From positions 288,001 through 352,000 of the forward strand of contig CAWDTA010000003.1 in NCBI GenBank assembly GCA_963805085.1: a stretch of DNA of 64,000 nt, given 5' to 3'. Positions 17,524 through 29,111 of this stretch are shown in pieces (position 1 is the first letter of the stretch; each line of letters starts with the position of its first letter). This DNA is from an uncultured Veillonellaceae bacterium (lineage in GTDB: Bacteria; Bacillota; Negativicutes; JARBTT01). Both the position numbers and the translations under genes were made by a program. Below the pieces are notes generated by a model, which did not search any database, was not told where the DNA came from, and saw nothing but the letters and a program-made list of their open reading frames with translations.

Positions 17524-18648
17524 ATGCGTAAGTCTATTATTTTATGGCTGGTATTGGTGTGTTTTATCGCTAGTCCAGAGATTGTCTTTGCATCAGATTT
17601 TAGTGATCGAATAAGCGGTTTGGTAAAGGTGCAAGGCGTGCGAGTTTACAGTAATGGTGATCGTAAAGTAAGAGTGGTTTTGGATAGTTCAGGACCTGTT
17701 GAATATAAAACGTTTGTCTTATCGAATCCAAGCAGAATCGCGGTGGATATTAAAGGAGCTTGGCTTGGTCCGAATGTAGATAAAGTGACAATGGTCGATG
17801 GTGGCTTGGTAGGTAAAGTAAGAATCAGCCAATTCGATCCGACGACGGTACGTGTCGTTGTGGAAGCGAATGTATCAAAAGACCGTTATAAGGTTTTTCA
17901 ATTGAAAGAAAATCCCGCAGCAGACAAATCAAATCGAATTGTAATGGACTTTGGTGATTTGGCGCAAGATGATGATACACCTAAGGCAGCAACGGTGGAA
18001 GAAGCGGCCATTGCAACTGTGCCAGATGCCGATAAGGTTGTGACGAAGACGATTAAACTTTTCGATGCCCCTGGTTTAAAGGATAAGATTATTGCAATTG
18101 ATCCAGGGCATGGCGGTAGTGATCCTGGAGCAGTTGGACCGCATGGTATTACAGAAAAAGAAATTACGTTAGCCGTGGGATTAGAACTGAAAAAAATGCT
18201 TGAAAATGAAGGCGCAAAGGTTATTATGACCAGAATATCGGATGTAGATGTTGCTTATGCCAATGCGACGGCAAAAGATGAATTACAGGCGCGCGCTGAT
18301 ATTGCGAATAATGCAAAAGCAGATGTCTTTGTTAGTATCCATATGAACGCCTTTGTGAATACACAAGTAAAAGGAACTGCTACCTATTATTATCCGAAGA
18401 CCAATGGTGATGAACGGATAGCAAGATTTGTTCGTGAAGGATTAATCAGTCAATTAGGAACAGATGATCGAGCTATGCAGACTTGTAACTTTTATGTTGT
18501 CAAACATACGACGATGCCAGCGACACTTGCAGAAGTTGCTTTTGTATCCAACCCGGTGGAAGAGCAATTGCTAAAATCTACCGAAGGTACTAAAAAAGCG
18601 GCAACTGGTATTTTTAGAGGGTTAGATCGATATTTTTCTTATGAATAA
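17524..18648 (+). CDS. N-acetylmuramoyl-L-alanine amidase (AMIN plus Amidase_3)
   Basis: Signal peptide, AMIN motifs (RVVLD, PSRIAVD), IDPGHGG.D.GA, EKE, FVSIHMNA and E.AFVSN. Confidence 0.92.
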   Translation: MRKSIILWLVLVCFIASPEIVFASDFSDRISGLVKVQGVRVYSNGDRKVRVVLDSSGPVEYKTFVLSNPSRIAVDIKGAWLGPNVDKVTMVDGGLVGKVRISQFDPTTVRVVVEANVSKDRYKVFQLKENPAADKSNRIVMDFGDLAQDDDTPKAATVEEAAIATVPDADKVVTKTIKLFDAPGLKDKIIAIDPGHGGSDPGAVGPHGITEKEITLAVGLELKKMLENEGAKVIMTRISDVDVAYANATAKDELQARADIANNAKADVFVSIHMNAFVNTQVKGTATYYYPKTNGDERIARFVREGLISQLGTDDRAMQTCNFYVVKHTTMPATLAEVAFVSNPVEEQLLKSTEGTKKAATGIFRGLDRYFSYE

Positions 18649-18730
18649 TTTTTACATATTTTAGTAAAATAAACTTGACGATTGGGAATTGTTCATTATA
18701 AAATAATGTAGGTTTATAAATTTAATAATA

Positions 18731-18773
18731 AAAGCCCTGTTTGTGGCGAAGTCTACAAATGGGGTTTTCTTTT
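18731..18773 (+). terminator. Terminator-like hairpin
   Basis: AAAGCCCTGTTTGTGG...CTACAAATGGGGTTTT followed by CTTTT. Confidence 0.6.
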
Positions 18774-18803
18774 GTAGAGAATTTTAATAAGTGAGGTAGT
18801 AGT

Positions 18804-20024
18804 ATGATTGAGAAAAACGATAATGATGAAGTCATGACTCAGCTGGATGAAGAACTTGAAGAACAAATGGAAAAGCGGAAAAAGATACTTTGGCGTTATG
18901 ATGTTCCAGAAGAACGCACCTTGCTTGCAGCTCTTGCTACGCTAACCAAGGCGGAACTTGATGATATTCGTTATAACTTATGTGTACAAGGTATTAGTTC
19001 TTTAAAGAAACAAGAAATGGCAGTAGCATTGGTGCCTGCTATTATTGATTTTTCTCATAAATGGATGCTTACGATTGGCATTGAACAATACAATATTTTA
19101 ACGCATATGAGTAGAAAAAATGGGATTAGTACTGTTGTTGATATGAACGATGTTCGTATGGATTATATGCGTAGTATGGGCATGTTGTTTAGTGGTATGT
19201 ATGAGGGCAAAGAAGCTTGGTATCTTCCGAATGATTTGCTAAATGTATATGCGAGCTTGGACAATGCTAAATTTAGAAAAGAGATTTCCTTTAATGATGA
19301 AGCGAGTCGGTTGGCCACAGGTCTGTTATTTTATTACGGTTATTTAACCTATGATCAATTGCACAAACGGGTGAGTGGCTTCTTAAAAGATAGAAAGCTA
19401 GAATTTATTGATTTCATGGGGATTATGATTAATGCAGGTTGTTGGCAAGGAAATATCGTTGCTCTTGAGGTCGGCATGCACTATTATACTGTTCTGGATC
19501 CAGAGGCTTTATCTACAGAACAAATTGTTCGTGAAGATATCGACTATCATGAATTTACTTATGAAGAGGTTTATCAAGCAGGCGAGAGCGAATATGTAGA
19601 AGAAACAGATGCTTATTTTGAATTGCTAAAATTTTTTAAAGATGAATTGTCACTAGCTCACCATGAAGCTGTCGATATCGTTGGTGAAATATTAATCATG
19701 ATATTAAATAATGAACAATTTAATGAAATTTTAGAGTATATACAAAACATGATGGAAATACCAGAGATGGAAGAAGTACAGTATTTAGCTGATAATATCG
19801 ATGAGATGAACGATACAACTCATTTATGGATGCTGAAAGGTAATAGTCCTAGGGATTTATCACTAGGCAGAAAAAAATCCTCAACGAAATATCAATCGCA
19901 GAAAAACCGTGATAATGTGGTGAAATTTGTTCCAAGGACTTCTAATATCGGTAGAAATGATCCTTGCCCTTGTGGTAGCGGAAAAAAATATAAAAAATGT
20001 TGCTTAGATAAAGACTGCGAATGA
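18804..20024 (+). CDS. SEC-C motif-containing protein
   Basis: C-terminal [19 protein letters not shown]; W.LKG.SP motif. Confidence 0.85.
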   Translation: MIEKNDNDEVMTQLDEELEEQMEKRKKILWRYDVPEERTLLAALATLTKAELDDIRYNLCVQGISSLKKQEMAVALVPAIIDFSHKWMLTIGIEQYNILTHMSRKNGISTVVDMNDVRMDYMRSMGMLFSGMYEGKEAWYLPNDLLNVYASLDNAKFRKEISFNDEASRLATGLLFYYGYLTYDQLHKRVSGFLKDRKLEFIDFMGIMINAGCWQGNIVALEVGMHYYTVLDPEALSTEQIVREDIDYHEFTYEEVYQAGESEYVEETDAYFELLKFFKDELSLAHHEAVDIVGEILIMILNNEQFNEILEYIQNMMEIPEMEEVQYLADNIDEMNDTTHLWMLKGNSPRDLSLGRKKSSTKYQSQKNRDNVVKFVPRTSNIGRNDPCPCGSGKKYKKCCLDKDCE

Positions 20025-21370
20025 GGCAAACGTACAGCTATAAAGAAAAGATTAGAGAATTTATCATCGTCTTGTTGCCGATCTTTATTACGCAGATTGC
20101 GCTGATATCAACGGGTTTTTTTGATACGATTATGGCGGGAAATGCTGGTGATTACGATTTGGCAGGGGTTGCGGTTGCGGTTAATATTTTCATGCCAGTA
20201 TTCTGCGGCGTTTTGGGGGTTATTTCTGGATTAACTCCGATTATTGCTCAGTTACACGGTGCTGGCCAAAGAGGAAAATTACCGTTTATTGTCGTGCAAG
20301 GAATGTATCTTTCGTTGGCTATCAGCGTTATTTTTATTTTGTTTGGTTATTTGAGCATTGAGCCTTTACTTCGTTACATGGAGCTTGAACCGCAAGTGGC
20401 AAGCATTTCTATTGGCTTTTTAAAAGCAATTGCCTGGGGAATTTGTCCGATTCTTATTGGATCGACGCTAAGAAATTTTATTGATGCATTAGGTTATACA
20501 AGGGTTACGATGCTCATTACAGTAGGCTCGGTTCCGATGAATATATTGATGAATTACTTTTTTATCTTTGGTAAATGTGGTTTTCCTAAATTAGGTGGTA
20601 TTGGTGCCGGGGTTGGTTCGGCGATTACCTATTGGCTGGTTTTGCTGCTGAATATTTTCGTGGTTTACTATCTTAAACCATTTAAAGAGTATAAAATATT
20701 TTCGCGGGTTTATCCCGCCTCTTTCAAGGTCTGGCGACAACAACTTTCGATTGGAATCCCGATAGGTAGTGCGATTTTTTGCGAGCAAAGTATTTTTGGT
20801 GCGGTTGGCTTATTTATGGCAGTTTATGGAACGGAAGTGATTGCTGCCCATCAGGCCGCGCTCAATTTTTCTACGATGGTTTATATGATTCCGCTCAGCA
20901 TTAGCATGACGCTGACGATTCTAATCGGTTTTGAAATTGGTGCGAAACGCTATCAAGATGCTAACCTTTATACGAATATAGGCATGTTGATATCCCTTTC
21001 GTTTTCAGGCATACTTACGATAATATTAATCATCTTTAAAGCTCAAATCGCTGCTCTTTATACGCATAATGCGCTTGTGGTTCAGTTGATTCAAATGTTT
21101 TTTGTTTATGTAATTTTTTTACAGTTGGCGGATTCGATCAACGCGCCTATGCAAGGTGCGTTGAGAGGCTATAAAGATGTTAAGGTAACATTATTTTTGG
21201 CAATTATATCATATTGGATCATCGGACTACCAGTGGGGTATGGTCTTGCAAATTATGTTCATACTGGACCAGCTGGTTACTGGCTTGGTTTGATCACAGG
21301 TGTCATTGTCGGGGCAGTATTATTATTTACGCGCCTACGGTATGTTCGAAAAATGAATTTTCAGCCATGA
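20021..21370 (+). CDS. MATE-family efflux transporter (NorM-like)
   Basis: [32 protein letters not shown] and GALRGYKD motifs. Confidence 0.92.
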   Translation: MRQTYSYKEKIREFIIVLLPIFITQIALISTGFFDTIMAGNAGDYDLAGVAVAVNIFMPVFCGVLGVISGLTPIIAQLHGAGQRGKLPFIVVQGMYLSLAISVIFILFGYLSIEPLLRYMELEPQVASISIGFLKAIAWGICPILIGSTLRNFIDALGYTRVTMLITVGSVPMNILMNYFFIFGKCGFPKLGGIGAGVGSAITYWLVLLLNIFVVYYLKPFKEYKIFSRVYPASFKVWRQQLSIGIPIGSAIFCEQSIFGAVGLFMAVYGTEVIAAHQAALNFSTMVYMIPLSISMTLTILIGFEIGAKRYQDANLYTNIGMLISLSFSGILTIILIIFKAQIAALYTHNALVVQLIQMFFVYVIFLQLADSINAPMQGALRGYKDVKVTLFLAIISYWIIGLPVGYGLANYVHTGPAGYWLGLITGVIVGAVLLFTRLRYVRKMNFQP

Positions 21371-21407
21371 AATAACTCCCATCTGTACTATGATGGGAGT
21401 TATTTTT
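21371..21407 (+). terminator. Intrinsic terminator
   Basis: AATAACTCCCATC...GATGGGAGTTATTTTT. Confidence 0.8.
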
Positions 21408-21501
21408 AGTAGTCTGTAGGTTAATAAATGGTGTATAATAACTTTGTGTTTTGATACATATGTTATATGATAATAGATATAGATTTATTTTAGGAGTGAG
21501 A

Positions 21502-22740
21502 ATGATGAAGAGTCTCGCGTATCGCATTATATTAACTATTTTAATGTGCTTTTCGTTGGTTATGCCAGCTGGTTTAGCAAGTCCAGGGGTACAAGACATT
21601 ACGCTTACCTGGGTGGATGATGCAAAGACATCGCAGACAATCACTTGGCGGACGGATAGTGAAAATAGTATGTTATGTGTAGAATATAGTGAAGCGGATG
21701 CGCCAGATGCTGAAATTTCCGCGGCAAAAACGAAACAAGCAGAGACGACTTTATTTGCTACTGACGATGGCAATGTCTATATGCATACAGTAACACTACG
21801 CAATTTAAAGCCAGGGACACGTTATGTATATCGAATTGGCGATGGACAAAATTGGGTAGCGGATGGTATGTTTCGTACGGAAAAACTTGCAAGTGATTTA
21901 AAATTCTTGTTATTTGGTGATTCACAAAGTTATGATTACAACGTGTGGAAGACAACGTTTATGAATGCTTATCAACAAAATCGTGATGCTGATTTCTTTG
22001 TCAATGCTGGTGATTTGGTTGACAATGGGCAGAAATATCAAGAATGGAAAAATTGGTTTGCTGGTATTGCTGGTGTTTCCAATCGTTTGCCCGTTGTTCC
22101 TGTGGTTGGTAATCATGAAACGTATACACCAGAACATCAGTTTTCTATGCCAGAGTTTTTTACTAAACAGTTTATGCTGCCACAAAATGGGCCAGCTAAT
22201 TTAGAAGGTCAAGTATATTCTTTTGATTATGGTGATGTACATTTTGTTATTTTAGATAGCCAATTTGGTGAAGAACGGAAATTTTTACCAGATTCATTGG
22301 AACGGCAAAAAGCTTGGCTTGCAAATGATTTGGCAGTGACCAATAAACTTTGGAAGGTTGTCTTTATGCATAAACCTCCTTATCATAATCGGATAGCGCA
22401 AGATCAACCAGATGTAACAGAAAGCTTTGTACCGATTTTTGATCAATATGGTGTTGACGCGGTATTTAGCGGACATGATCATGTCAATGCCCGGACCTTT
22501 GCTATGGTGGGGGGGGAAAGAGTAAAAGAAGCAGGTACTATTTACAGCACGGTAGGACGTAGTGGCACAAAATATTATGATACCGTTGGCGCGAAATCTT
22601 GGGATGAACAATTTGCCAATGTCACTGATATGCCAACGTATTCAGTTGTAAAGGTTGCCAAAGGCTTGCTCTACGTCCAAGTGTTTAAACAAAATGGAGA
22701 ATTGCTTGATGAATGGTCGTTGGTTAAGATACATAAATAA
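21502..22740 (+). CDS. Secreted purple-acid-phosphatase-like metallophosphoesterase with an N-terminal FN3-like domain
   Basis: Signal peptide; FGDSQ, GDLVD, GNHE, MHKP and SGHDH motifs. Confidence 0.9.
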   Translation: MMKSLAYRIILTILMCFSLVMPAGLASPGVQDITLTWVDDAKTSQTITWRTDSENSMLCVEYSEADAPDAEISAAKTKQAETTLFATDDGNVYMHTVTLRNLKPGTRYVYRIGDGQNWVADGMFRTEKLASDLKFLLFGDSQSYDYNVWKTTFMNAYQQNRDADFFVNAGDLVDNGQKYQEWKNWFAGIAGVSNRLPVVPVVGNHETYTPEHQFSMPEFFTKQFMLPQNGPANLEGQVYSFDYGDVHFVILDSQFGEERKFLPDSLERQKAWLANDLAVTNKLWKVVFMHKPPYHNRIAQDQPDVTESFVPIFDQYGVDAVFSGHDHVNARTFAMVGGERVKEAGTIYSTVGRSGTKYYDTVGAKSWDEQFANVTDMPTYSVVKVAKGLLYVQVFKQNGELLDEWSLVKIHK

Positions 22741-22813
22741 GTATGCTCAATAGAGTAGTTACAGATCAATCTATGTTTTCGTAAGATAACATAGATACTG
22801 GAGGGGAAAATCG

Positions 22814-24142
22814 TTGCAAAAAATGGTGAAGCTAGTGGCAATTTGTTTATGCTTGATATTTCATAGTAATATTGTGCAGGCGGGGATGTTAGAAGATTAT
22901 CAGAACGCCAAACTAGAATATATCAATGCTGTCGTTTGTTTAGCTACCTATAGTGATCGAGTTGGCCAAATTGCTAGAAATGAGCTTATTGAGGAAGGTT
23001 GGCGGATCAAGCCTTATAAGAAATTTGATAATGGTGCTGATGCCAAGTTTTTCTTTGTTGAAAATGATGCTTTTGAGTCAGATCATGATATATATATATT
23101 AGCAATCACTGGTACTGAAAGTTTAAAAGATGTTGAAATTGATTTGAACTTTCATAAAGTTTATTTTGGTGGAAATTCGCCAGCGAAATTTATTGAAAGT
23201 GCAAAAAAACAAAATTTAACCAGTAAAGACCCAATGATCCATAGTGGTTTTAATAAGTATACGCAAACAGCTTTATTTACAAAAGAAGATGATGGAACAA
23301 CCTACGGCGAATATATCGCGAAAGTATTAAAAGAAGATAGTAAGCGAAAGATGTATTTGGTTGGGCATAGCTTAGGTGGTGCAGTAGCAACGATTGGTGC
23401 CGCGCGATTGGTAAGCTTGGGGGTAGATCCCCAGCAACTTGAAGTAATTACGTTTGGTGCTCCAGCTGTAGGAAATCAAGCATTTGCTGATGAATATGGC
23501 AGTAAGATTAACTTAAGGCGTGTCGTGATACAAGGTGACCAAGTGAAAAGTGTACTGCAAAGTATCTCTGATGGGTATTCGCAATTTGGCGATCAAAAAG
23601 TCTGGCAGAAAAACAGAAATATTGCTAAACAGCGCCATGCGATCACCGTATATTTAGATGCGGCAACGCGAAATTTTTATGATATTCGTAAAGAAGCGAT
23701 TAAGGCTGGCGTTGTTGAAGAAAAACAAAGTACAAAGCAAGCTATGGTCTATGTTGCACCAATTGTGATCAATCTGCCCAAAGAAATTGCTGAAGATAAG
23801 TTTTATATGGAAGAAAATTTAAAATTTGTTTTACGCAATAGTTTACATAGTTATTTTTTTGTTGAAGGACAGCGAGGTAGTTTGCAAGAAGAGCTAGATA
23901 AAGCAAAGCAAGCTGGTTGCAAGTGGCTACTATTGCCAGGAATAACTGCTAGTAAACTTCAGGATAAACACAATGAATTTTATCTTAGCTTTCAGGAAGA
24001 TATTTACTTAGCCGATGAAGGAACTTTACTAGGATCGTTTTCCAATGCGAGTAGTAGTAAAGATTTTACGCCGATAGAAGCTTCAATGCATAATGTAGCA
24101 GCGGTCAAACATCAACAGCAAGAGAGTTTGGGATATTTATAA
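22814..24142 (+). CDS. Secreted class-3 lipase
   Basis: Signal peptide; ITGTE, HSGF, VGHSLGGA and TFGAPAVGN motifs. Confidence 0.88.
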   Translation: MQKMVKLVAICLCLIFHSNIVQAGMLEDYQNAKLEYINAVVCLATYSDRVGQIARNELIEEGWRIKPYKKFDNGADAKFFFVENDAFESDHDIYILAITGTESLKDVEIDLNFHKVYFGGNSPAKFIESAKKQNLTSKDPMIHSGFNKYTQTALFTKEDDGTTYGEYIAKVLKEDSKRKMYLVGHSLGGAVATIGAARLVSLGVDPQQLEVITFGAPAVGNQAFADEYGSKINLRRVVIQGDQVKSVLQSISDGYSQFGDQKVWQKNRNIAKQRHAITVYLDAATRNFYDIRKEAIKAGVVEEKQSTKQAMVYVAPIVINLPKEIAEDKFYMEENLKFVLRNSLHSYFFVEGQRGSLQEELDKAKQAGCKWLLLPGITASKLQDKHNEFYLSFQEDIYLADEGTLLGSFSNASSSKDFTPIEASMHNVAAVKHQQQESLGYL

Positions 24143-24236
24143 TGAATAGTCAGCATTTCATAGGAATGCTGGCTGTTTTTATGCTTTTAGGGTAAAATAG
24201 TAGGAAATAGAAAATAATTCTAGGGATTGGTGACTC

Positions 24237-27014
24237 ATGAAACGTATTGATAAAATCTATGAGTATATTAAAGCAAAATCAAATGAATTCAAAATTGCTG
24301 ATTTACAAGGTCGTGTTGGCGTAGATGCAGCGCAGATTGCCGACACCTTAAATATTTTGCGTAATAATGTTAGCATGGAGCTAAATACATTACATCGTCA
24401 GGATAAGATTGTGAAAATAACTGGCAGACCAGTACTGTTTTTTGATAAAGAAGTCCTGGGAACTTTAGCTGGCGAACCGATTGATCTTGGCCCGATTCAA
24501 GTCAATGCGATTGAAGAGTGTCTGCCAAAATCTAATCTGGCACAAAAAGGCCCCTTTGATTATTTAATTGGTGCGGACAGTAGCTTAAAAAAGCAAGTGG
24601 AACAAGCAAAAGCGGCGATATTATATCCTCCTGATGGGTTACATACGCTCATTGTTGGACAAACTGGCGTTGGTAAGACTCTATTTGCCCATATGATGTA
24701 TGAATACGGTAAAACAGTTCATAAACTTGCCCCTGATGCACCATTTATTACTTTTAATTGTGCGGATTACTATAATAATTCGCAGCTTTTGATATCTCAT
24801 ATTTTTGGCCATATCAAAGGTGCATTTACCGGAGCGGACAATTCTAAAGCTGGCTTAGTAGAAGCGGCTGACCAAGGAATTTTATTTCTTGATGAAATCC
24901 ATCGGTTACCACCAGAAGGTCAGGAAATGATTTTTTATTTTATTGATACTGGTACTTTTAATCGGCTTGGTGAAACGGCTAGAACAAGAAAAGCCAAGGT
25001 GCTGATCATTTGTGCAACAACTGAGGACCCAACCTCAGCATTAACGAGGACTTTTGTTCGACGTATTCCAAATATTATTACGATTAAACCATTGATTGAA
25101 CGATCGCTACAAGAAAAAATTACAATTATTCGGTTATTATTATCCGATGAAGTGCAAAGAATCAATAAGCCCGTAAAGATTACAGTGGAATCTATTAAAG
25201 CATTAATTGGTAGTATTGGCTCAGGCAATGTTGGACAGTTAAAGTCAAATATTAAGTTACTATGTGCCAAAGCATTTTTAAATGGTATCGATAACCCGAG
25301 TTATATAGAAATTGATTTTAAAATATTACCATCAAAAATAAAGACAGGACTACTGACGCTCAGTGCGAATCGTAAAGAACTTTCTGAACTTAGTACGTAC
25401 ATTGACGAACCATTGTTTATTATGCCAGAAGGTGAAAAATTGCTCGTCGATGAAGAAGTTGATAAAGATTCCTTTAACTTATATCAAGTAGTAGAAGATA
25501 AAGTTGATTTATTAAAAGGTGAAGGTATCAGTAATGAACTGATTAAACAAATTGTGGCTACCGATGTGAACGTCTATATTAAATCATTTTATAATAAGCA
25601 AGATTCTCATATGACAGCGAGGCAAAGGTTGCTCAAAATCGTTGATAAAGATTTGGTGGATTTTACGGAAGCAATCAACATCTTAGCACAAAAGCGTTTG
25701 AATAGAGAGTATCGTGACAGATTTTTATATGCATTTAGTCTTCATTTAAGTGCGTTTTTAAAACGGGTAAAAGCAAAGCAAGAACTATCATATAGCAAAA
25801 TAGAAGGGGCATTGCCTGCAGATTCGCTTGAATTTCAGGTGGCATTAGAGATTAAGGATAAGATCGAGGCACATTATCATATTGAAGTTCCCAAGGCGGA
25901 AATAGAATATTTTGCTTTGCTGCTAAGCTCAGTGAAGGAAGATGAAAAAGAAGAAAAAGTTGTGATCATTGTTGCAACGCATGGGAAAAGTACAGCCTCT
26001 TCGATGGTAGAGGTGGCACAAAAATTGTTTAGTACCAATGATACAAATTTGATGGCGATTGATATGCCTTTAGATGTAAGCCCACAAGAGATCTTGGATA
26101 AAATGATTGAAAAATTGGAAGATTTAAATTATCAAAAGGGTGCCTTATTACTTGTCGATATGGGATCATTGTGTAATTTTGGTACATTGATTATGGAAAG
26201 ATTAAAAGTGCAAGTAAAAACAATCGATATGGTATCGACACCGCTTATCTTGGAGGCGATGCGTAAAGCCGATATTGTTGGGATGGATTTGAATAGTATT
26301 TATGAGTCTCTCCTCAATTTTAAAGGGTATGAGGTTGCCCTTGTCGATGGGAAACATGTGAGAACAGCTCATGAAGTTATTGTCACGATTTGCACTTCGG
26401 GAGAAGGGGCAGCGCTGAAATTGAAAGAATTGGTCGAAGATATTTTGGCCAATGCCATCGATCGAGATATTGAAGTAGTCCCAGTCGGGGTTAAAGATCT
26501 TGATCATACCTTAGAAGAATTATTAAAACAGCATACAATCGTTGCTACTGTCGGTATGATAAAACCCAAAATAGATGTTCCCTTTATCCCATTAGAGAAA
26601 TTAATCAATGGTGAAGGTGAAAATATTATTCGTAATATTATAAAATTAGATAATAAAATGATTGCAAAGGAAAAGAATGTTGTTGTTCGCAATCTTTGTG
26701 AAGAAAGTTTGCAAAAATTCTTAACATATTTAAATCCAAGCAAGGTTATTAGTGTATTACTTGAATTTGAAAGTGTATTAGAAAAAGAATTAAATCGTAA
26801 ATTGAGCAATCCAATTCAAATTCGTTTAATTGTACATTGTGGTTGTGCATTAGAACGAATGGTCATTAACAATCCACTTCACTACGAGGGAAAACCAGAT
26901 GTAATTGATACAGAGAAGTTTGAAGCAGTGAAAAAAGCAACTAGTGTATTTAAAAATACGCTAAAAATTACTTTAACTGATGATGAAATGTTATTAATTA
27001 CCGAAATGTTGTAA
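24237..27014 (+). CDS. LevR/ManR-type sigma54-dependent activator (AAA+, PRD and EIIA domains)
   Basis: [35 protein letters not shown] and PRD histidines; upstream of a Man-PTS operon. Confidence 0.93.
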   Translation: MKRIDKIYEYIKAKSNEFKIADLQGRVGVDAAQIADTLNILRNNVSMELNTLHRQDKIVKITGRPVLFFDKEVLGTLAGEPIDLGPIQVNAIEECLPKSNLAQKGPFDYLIGADSSLKKQVEQAKAAILYPPDGLHTLIVGQTGVGKTLFAHMMYEYGKTVHKLAPDAPFITFNCADYYNNSQLLISHIFGHIKGAFTGADNSKAGLVEAADQGILFLDEIHRLPPEGQEMIFYFIDTGTFNRLGETARTRKAKVLIICATTEDPTSALTRTFVRRIPNIITIKPLIERSLQEKITIIRLLLSDEVQRINKPVKITVESIKALIGSIGSGNVGQLKSNIKLLCAKAFLNGIDNPSYIEIDFKILPSKIKTGLLTLSANRKELSELSTYIDEPLFIMPEGEKLLVDEEVDKDSFNLYQVVEDKVDLLKGEGISNELIKQIVATDVNVYIKSFYNKQDSHMTARQRLLKIVDKDLVDFTEAINILAQKRLNREYRDRFLYAFSLHLSAFLKRVKAKQELSYSKIEGALPADSLEFQVALEIKDKIEAHYHIEVPKAEIEYFALLLSSVKEDEKEEKVVIIVATHGKSTASSMVEVAQKLFSTNDTNLMAIDMPLDVSPQEILDKMIEKLEDLNYQKGALLLVDMGSLCNFGTLIMERLKVQVKTIDMVSTPLILEAMRKADIVGMDLNSIYESLLNFKGYEVALVDGKHVRTAHEVIVTICTSGEGAALKLKELVEDILANAIDRDIEVVPVGVKDLDHTLEELLKQHTIVATVGMIKPKIDVPFIPLEKLINGEGENIIRNIIKLDNKMIAKEKNVVVRNLCEESLQKFLTYLNPSKVISVLLEFESVLEKELNRKLSNPIQIRLIVHCGCALERMVINNPLHYEGKPDVIDTEKFEAVKKATSVFKNTLKITLTDDEMLLITEML

Positions 27015-27021
27015 AATTTAA

Positions 27022-27124
27022 AATACACTATTGTAACTTAGTTTACAATAGTGTATTTTTATTATTTGATAATTAGTGTATTAGATGAAATAAAATAGTG
27101 TATTGTTATGTGTAATAGTGTATT
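27022..27124. promoter_or_regulatory. TAGTGTATT repeat array (candidate activator enhancer; first pair also forms a terminator hairpin)
   Basis: Inverted copy at 27022 and direct copies at 27049, 27074, 27096 and 27116. Confidence 0.6.
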
Positions 27125-27188
27125 TGAAATCTGGTGAATAGTAGAAAAATAATCGAAACTTATACTATTATAAACTGATACACATAAT

Positions 27189-27204
27189 TGGCACGCTGCT
27201 TGCA
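27189..27204 (+). promoter_or_regulatory. Sigma54 -24/-12 promoter
   Basis: TGGCACGCTGCTTGCA matches TGGCAC-N5-TTGCW. Confidence 0.92.
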
Positions 27205-27268
27205 TATGAATATAGGCGAGTAATGATCCCAGAGAAGAAGTTGAATTGATGTAAGAGGAGGTCAAAGG

Positions 27269-27706
27269 ATGTTAGCGATTATTGTTGGAACACATGGTAA
27301 TTTTGCAAGTGAACTTGTTAAAACTTGTGAAATGATTTGTGGAGCCACGACAAATGTAAAAGCAGTTACTTTAGTACCAGGTGAGGGAGCTGACGATTTG
27401 ATGGTTAAATATAGCGCAGCTTTAAAAGAACTTGATACAAAAGATGGCGTTATATTTTTAAATGATCTATTTGGTGGTAGTCCTTATAATGCAGCTTGCC
27501 GTATTGCCATTCAAGAAGAGAAATACGGAATTGTAACGGGTGTTAGCTTGCCAATGTTAATTGAGATGGTTAGCTATCAACTATGCAATCCAGAAGTTGG
27601 CGATATTAAAGAAGTGATGCAAAAAGCTGTTGAAGCAGGTCAAGCTGGAACACAAATATTTCATTTAAGTACTATAAATAATGACGAAGAGGAGGACGAT
27701 CTATAA
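27269..27706 (+). CDS. Mannose/fructose/sorbose-family PTS EIIA
   Basis: VGTHG, DLFGGSPYN and GVSLPMLIE motifs. Confidence 0.93.
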   Translation: MLAIIVGTHGNFASELVKTCEMICGATTNVKAVTLVPGEGADDLMVKYSAALKELDTKDGVIFLNDLFGGSPYNAACRIAIQEEKYGIVTGVSLPMLIEMVSYQLCNPEVGDIKEVMQKAVEAGQAGTQIFHLSTINNDEEEDDL

Positions 27707-28182
27707 TGAATATCGTATTAGCTAGAATTGATGATCGCTTAATCCATGGGCAAGTGGCAACGATCTGGGCAAAAGTAACAAACTGTGAACGCATTATCGT
27801 CTGTGATGATGAGGTGGCTGCTGATTCAATTAGATCTACATTGTTAAAACAAGTAGCACCTCCAGGAATTAAATCAAGTGTAGTTGACATTGATAAAGCG
27901 GTGCGTGCTTACAATAGTCCAAAGTATGAAACAGCTAAATGTCTATTGTTATTTACCAACCCTACAAGCGTATTACGCATGGTAGAAGCTGGGGTAAACA
28001 TCACGAGTGTTAACATTGGTGGTATGAGTTTTAAAGAAGGTAAAAGACAACTTACGCAAGCTGTATCAGTAAATGATGCAGATGTAGAAGCTTTTAAAGC
28101 ACTCAATGCAAAAGGTATCGAACTTGAAATTAGAAAAGTTGATAGCGATTCAAAAGTAAATTTAATGAGTGTATTAAAGTAA
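27706..28182 (+). CDS. Mannose-family PTS EIIB
   Basis: RIDDRLIHGQV and VNIGGM motifs. Confidence 0.95.
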   Translation: MNIVLARIDDRLIHGQVATIWAKVTNCERIIVCDDEVAADSIRSTLLKQVAPPGIKSSVVDIDKAVRAYNSPKYETAKCLLLFTNPTSVLRMVEAGVNITSVNIGGMSFKEGKRQLTQAVSVNDADVEAFKALNAKGIELEIRKVDSDSKVNLMSVLK

Positions 28183-28273
28183 ATCATAGTTAGTGATAAG
28201 TTGAGATTTTTATTCATATTATTAAGGGTTATATAAAATGTAATCATAAATATCATAATTGGAGGGATGACTT

Positions 28274-29083
28274 ATGGAACTTAGTACTTTACAAATTATT
28301 GCGGTATTCCTAATGTCTTGCGTTTGTGGTATGGGTAGTATATTGGATGAATTCCAAACACATCGTCCATTGATCGCGTGTACTCTAACTGGTCTAATTT
28401 TAGGTGACATGACAACAGGTATTATTATCGGTGGTACATTAGAAATGATTGCTCTTGGTTGGATGAATATTGGGGCAGCAGTTGCGCCAGATGCAGCGTT
28501 GGCATCCGTTATTTCCACAATCTTAGTAATCGCTGGTAAACAAAGTATTGGTGCTGGTATCGCAATTGCGATGCCGCTTGCAGCTGCAGGTCAAGTACTT
28601 ACAATTATCGTGAGGACAATAACAATTTTCTTCCAGCATAAAGCTGATGATTATGCAAGAGAAGGTAACTTAAATGGCATTGATATGTGTCATATATTGG
28701 CTTTATTTATCCAAGCATTACGTATTTCCATTCCTGCTGTTTTAGTAGCAATGTTCGTTGGTACTGGCGCAGTTCAATCCATGCTTGCAGCAATTCCACC
28801 TGTAATCACTGGTGGTTTACAAGTAGCTGGTGGTTTCATCGTGGTTGTAGGGTATGCAATGGTTATTAACATGATGGGTGCGAAATATCTAATGCCTTTC
28901 TTCTTCTTAGGTTTTGTTTGCGCAGCATTTACAAACTTCAACTTGGTTGCATTTGGGGTAATTGGTGTTGTACTGGCAATTGTTTACATTCAATTAAATC
29001 CTAAATATCAAGCAGTAAGTATTGCAACAGCTGGTGTTGCTGCTACAAAAGCAGACGATTTAGACGACGATTTAGACGACTAA
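28274..29083 (+). CDS. manY: Mannose-family PTS EIIC
   Basis: QTHRPLIACTL and LGWMNIGAAVAPD motifs. Confidence 0.93.
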   Translation: MELSTLQIIAVFLMSCVCGMGSILDEFQTHRPLIACTLTGLILGDMTTGIIIGGTLEMIALGWMNIGAAVAPDAALASVISTILVIAGKQSIGAGIAIAMPLAAAGQVLTIIVRTITIFFQHKADDYAREGNLNGIDMCHILALFIQALRISIPAVLVAMFVGTGAVQSMLAAIPPVITGGLQVAGGFIVVVGYAMVINMMGAKYLMPFFFLGFVCAAFTNFNLVAFGVIGVVLAIVYIQLNPKYQAVSIATAGVAATKADDLDDDLDD

Positions 29084-29111
29084 TAATTTAATTTGAAGGA
29101 GGAAGATTACA

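Noticed and set aside
27022-27124. CRISPR-like repeat array
   Set aside because: Repeats are only 9 bp with 11-16-bp gaps and there are no cas genes; the location fits an enhancer.
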